Shown here piece after piece: positions 61,157 to 64,000 of a stretch of DNA of 64,000 bases. The stretch spans positions 64,001-128,000 of the forward strand of contig CAVPIW010000009.1 of the NCBI GenBank assembly GCA_963705105.1, given 5' to 3'. Positions within the stretch are counted from its first letter, which is position 1, and every line of letters begins with the position of its first letter. The position numbers and the translations under genes are program-made. The DNA is from an uncultured Nitrospiraceae bacterium. GTDB taxonomy: Bacteria; Nitrospirota; Thermodesulfovibrionia; Thermodesulfovibrionales; Dissulfurispiraceae. The notes beneath the pieces were generated by a model that saw nothing but the letters and a program-made list of their open reading frames with translations, was not told where the DNA came from and searched no databases.

Positions 61157-62089
61157 ATGCTCCGATACATCCTGAAAAGAACCGTCCTCCTCGTTCCCGT
61201 CCTCCTGGGGATCACCCTCTGCACCTTCGCGCTCCTGAAGACCCTGCCGGGAGACCCTGTTCTGAGCCTTGTCGGTGAAAGGGCAAGCCCTGAGACGATC
61301 GCCCTCATGCGGGAGCATCTCGGCGCCGACAGGGGACTCTTCGAGCAGTACAGGGGCTATCTCGGCCTCCTCCTGCGCGGCGACTTCGGGCGTTCCCATT
61401 ACACGGGAAGGCCGGTCCGGGCGGACATGGCCTCGAAATTCCCGAACACCCTGATGCTCGCCTTCGGGGCGCTCCTTGCCGCCGTTCCTCTCGGCGTGAC
61501 AGCAGGCTTCTTATCCGCCTTCTTCAGGGAAAGGATGATCGGGCGGTGCATCGACGGCTGCGCGATGGCGGCCCTGAGTGTTCCCGTCTTCTGGAGCGCC
61601 ATCATCATCATGATGGTAATGAGCCTGCAGATGAAATGGTTCCCTCCTTCGGGCACAGGCGGCATCAGGTTCCTCGTGCTGCCCTGTCTCGTCCTCGCCA
61701 TCCCCGCGATGGCGACCCTCTGCCGGGTGACAAAGACAGCCGTCGTCGACGTCCTGCGCATGCCCTGCATCCTCACGGCCCGGGCAAAAGGACTTCCCCA
61801 ATTTTCGATCACCGCCGTCCACGTGCTGAAAAACGCCGTCATCCCTATCGTCACCGTGATCGGCCTCGACTTCGGCAGCTACCTCAACGGTGCGGTCGTC
61901 ACGGAAACCATCTTCGGCTGGGACGGCATCGGCCGTTTCACCATGGAAGGGATCATCAAGCGGGATTACCCGGTCATCATGGGATGCATCATCATCGGGA
62001 CGGTGACTTTCGTGGTGGTGAACCTGATCACCGACCTCCTCTATCACGCCCTTGACCCGAGGATCAGGATCCATGTCAAAGACAGGTAG
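61157..62089 (+). CDS. Dpp/Opp ABC permease (DppB-like)
   Basis: PGDP, TARAKGL, H.LKNA and RDYP motifs. Confidence 0.9.
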   Translation: MLRYILKRTVLLVPVLLGITLCTFALLKTLPGDPVLSLVGERASPETIALMREHLGADRGLFEQYRGYLGLLLRGDFGRSHYTGRPVRADMASKFPNTLMLAFGALLAAVPLGVTAGFLSAFFRERMIGRCIDGCAMAALSVPVFWSAIIIMMVMSLQMKWFPPSGTGGIRFLVLPCLVLAIPAMATLCRVTKTAVVDVLRMPCILTARAKGLPQFSITAVHVLKNAVIPIVTVIGLDFGSYLNGAVVTETIFGWDGIGRFTMEGIIKRDYPVIMGCIIIGTVTFVVVNLITDLLYHALDPRIRIHVKDR

Positions 62090-62879
62090 CATCCTTCTCG
62101 TCGCCCTCCTGGCGCTCTTTGCCTTTTCGCTCCTGTCTCCCCTTATCACGCCGCTGGACCCTTACGGCATCGACCTCGATGCCCTCCGACTGCCTCCTTC
62201 GCCGGAGCATCCCTTCGGCACCGACAGCAAAGGCCGGGACATCCTCTCACGGATCATCCACGGGGCCCGCATCTCGATCGGCATCGCCCTCCTTTCAGCC
62301 CTCGTCTCCGCCTCCGTCGGGTTTGCCGTCGGCCTGACATCGGGGTACTTCGGGGGGCGGTTCGACACAATAATGATGGCAGTCGTCGATTTCGTCCTCT
62401 CATTCCCGTCGCTGCTGCTCGCTGTCGCCATCTCGATCGTCCTGCCGCCGGGTCCGGCAACAGCCGTTATCGCCATAGCCGCCGTCGGGTGGACGTCCTT
62501 TGCGCGGCTCATCAGGGGATACGTGATGACCGTCAGGACCATGCCCTTCATTGAAGCGGCCCGTGCCATGGGGTGCAGCCACGCGAGGGTGCTGCTCGCC
62601 CACATCGCTCCCCTTTGCATTCCCCTGAGCCTCGTTCTCATGGGCATCAAGATCGGGGGGTTCATTCTCACCGAGGCGACCCTCAGTTTCCTGGGGCTCG
62701 GCGTGCAGCCCCCCACACCGACGTGGGGCTCCATGATCAGCGCCCACAGGGGATACCTGCTGAGCGCGCCCTGGATGGTCCTGTTCCCGGGCCTTGCCAT
62801 TTCCCTGACGGCATTCTGTTTCAACGTGATCGGCGAATCACTGCGGAAGAGGTTCGATTTCAAAGACCCGGGGGTATAG
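62073..62879 (+). CDS. Dpp/Opp ABC permease (DppC-like)
   Basis: HPFGTD..GRD, EAARAMG and LSFLGLG..P.WG motifs. Confidence 0.9.
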   Translation: MSKTGSILLVALLALFAFSLLSPLITPLDPYGIDLDALRLPPSPEHPFGTDSKGRDILSRIIHGARISIGIALLSALVSASVGFAVGLTSGYFGGRFDTIMMAVVDFVLSFPSLLLAVAISIVLPPGPATAVIAIAAVGWTSFARLIRGYVMTVRTMPFIEAARAMGCSHARVLLAHIAPLCIPLSLVLMGIKIGGFILTEATLSFLGLGVQPPTPTWGSMISAHRGYLLSAPWMVLFPGLAISLTAFCFNVIGESLRKRFDFKDPGV

Positions 62880-63017
62880 AAAAACAGTGCAAGTGTGAGT
62901 GTCAGTGTGAGTGAACAAAACAGTAAGAAAAACAGTGCAAGTGCGAGTGTCAGTGTGAGTGAACAAAACAGTAAGAAAAACAGTGATAGTGTCAGTGTCA
63001 GTGTGAGTGATAGTGAC
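62878..63017. repeat. 48-bp tandem repeat (2 full copies plus 1 partial) built on hexamers
   Basis: Units start at 62878, 62926 and 62974. Confidence 0.9.
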
Positions 63018-63133
63018 AACGAGAGGATCCATCAATCCCTATTATTGGATACGTTTTTCGGTAAGGCAAGGGCGAAGATACCTCTATAACAGTCATTCAG
63101 TCATTTGTGGATAGTCGGAACGAACACCCAGGA

Positions 63134-63301
63134 GGGAAGGCTGATGTGGTGAAAAACCTTTCCGCTACGATACCTTATTCGTCACCAGACCACACTTTGC
63201 CGTGTCTATCGGCAGCAAATGCCCGCCAGGCAACAAGCGCTGAACACCCTGAGATGTCTCATCATCGCATTGGAAAGGCTTTGAACCATATCTGCCTTCC
63301 C
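63134..63301. mobile_element. Family-B 168-bp inverted-repeat element, followed by hexamer repeats and a family-A end (63318-63380)
   Basis: Reverse complement of 36903-37070. Confidence 0.8.
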
Positions 63302-63511
63302 GGAGGCAGCGGTAGTGACACCGACACTGACACTCACACTGTCACTGTTTTTCAGAGCGCTTCGCCCCGCCTTTTCACACGCCGCTGTCCACTTGCACTC
63401 ACACTGTCACTGCCTTATTCTTTGCGCTCTTTGCGGCTTTGCGTGAGACAGTCCTGGTCTTTAAACAATTCCTTTCAATGACACTCGCACTCACACTCAC
63501 ACTGGTTCTAA

Positions 63512-64000
63512 TCAGGATACGACGATGCCGTCTTTGAGCTGGATGAGACGCTTGGCGTAGGACGCGACGGCCTGATCGTGGGTGATGACGATGACGGTCT
63601 TCCCCCGTTCGTGCATGGTGGTGAGGAGGCTCATGATCTCCGTCGCCGTTTTACTGTCGAGCTGACCTGTCGGCTCGTCGGCGAGGAGGAGGTCCGGGTC
63701 GTTGACGAGGGCGCGGGCGATGGCGACGCGCTGCTGCTGACCTCCCGAGAGCTGGTTCGGCTTGAACTTCTTTCTGTCGCCGAGGCCCACGAGTTCGAGG
63801 AGTTCGAGGGCCCGTTTCTCCGCGCTGTCCCGCTTCTTGTCCATGTAGAGCGTCGGCAGGAGGACGTTTTCGAGGACCGTCGCGTAGGGCAGCAGGTAGA
63901 AATTCTGGAAGACGAAGCCGATGTGCTCGTTCCGTATCACCGAGAGCTCGTCGTCCGACAGATGGGAGACTTCTTTCCCTGCGAGGACGTACCGGCCCGA
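63512..64000 (-). CDS. LolD/MacB-type ABC ATP-binding protein; 5' end outside the window
   Basis: IGFVFQ.F.LL, LSGGQQQRVAIARAL and ADEPTG motifs. Confidence 0.9.
   Translation of the reverse strand, partial: SGRYVLAGKEVSHLSDDELSVIRNEHIGFVFQNFYLLPYATVLENVLLPTLYMDKKRDSAEKRALELLELVGLGDRKKFKPNQLSGGQQQRVAIARALVNDPDLLLADEPTGQLDSKTATEIMSLLTTMHERGKTVIVITHDQAVASYAKRLIQLKDGIVVS

Noticed and set aside
62878..63017. Possible CRISPR array
   Set aside because: The 48-bp units are near-identical along their whole length with no unique spacers, and there are no cas genes.

Overview
GC-rich bacterial chromosomal segment. Gene content and order suggest an anaerobic Nitrospirota/Desulfobacterota-like organism (inference, not searched). 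Most of it is housekeeping genes on the minus strand: recO-era-aspC, alr-tatA-mobA-dnaB-rplI, an mla/pqi ABC operon, pckA-truA, rpsB-tsf-pyrH-frr, ktrAB, folP-ftsH-rph-murI-amidase, feoB-fur, nifUS, lonC-xerD, tkt, a TonB receptor/two-component cluster and dpp-type permeases. The unusual content is mostly intergenic or accessory. (1) A family of ~120-310 bp non-autonomous inverted-repeat elements (CC...GG ends, 4-bp TSDs, mostly TNNA) has more than 12 copies or fragments. Some are nested, and several sit in or form gene 5' ends. One is an exact in-frame 41-codon insertion into a lipoprotein signal peptide. (2) An integrase-less integron cassette array has a promoter, an attI-like site, an ecotin cassette with an intact attC and a RelBE-type cassette. 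(3) A coupled operon encodes a MazG-like NTP-PPase, an archaeal-type SAM synthetase, an HhH radical-SAM protein and a membrane protein. A 245-bp MITE with a 9-bp TSD sits on its first codon. (4) There is also a yybP-ykoY riboswitch, an S2 leader, a Fur box and several further repeat families. No rRNA, tRNA, CRISPR array or transposase was seen. All calls come from motif recognition by eye.
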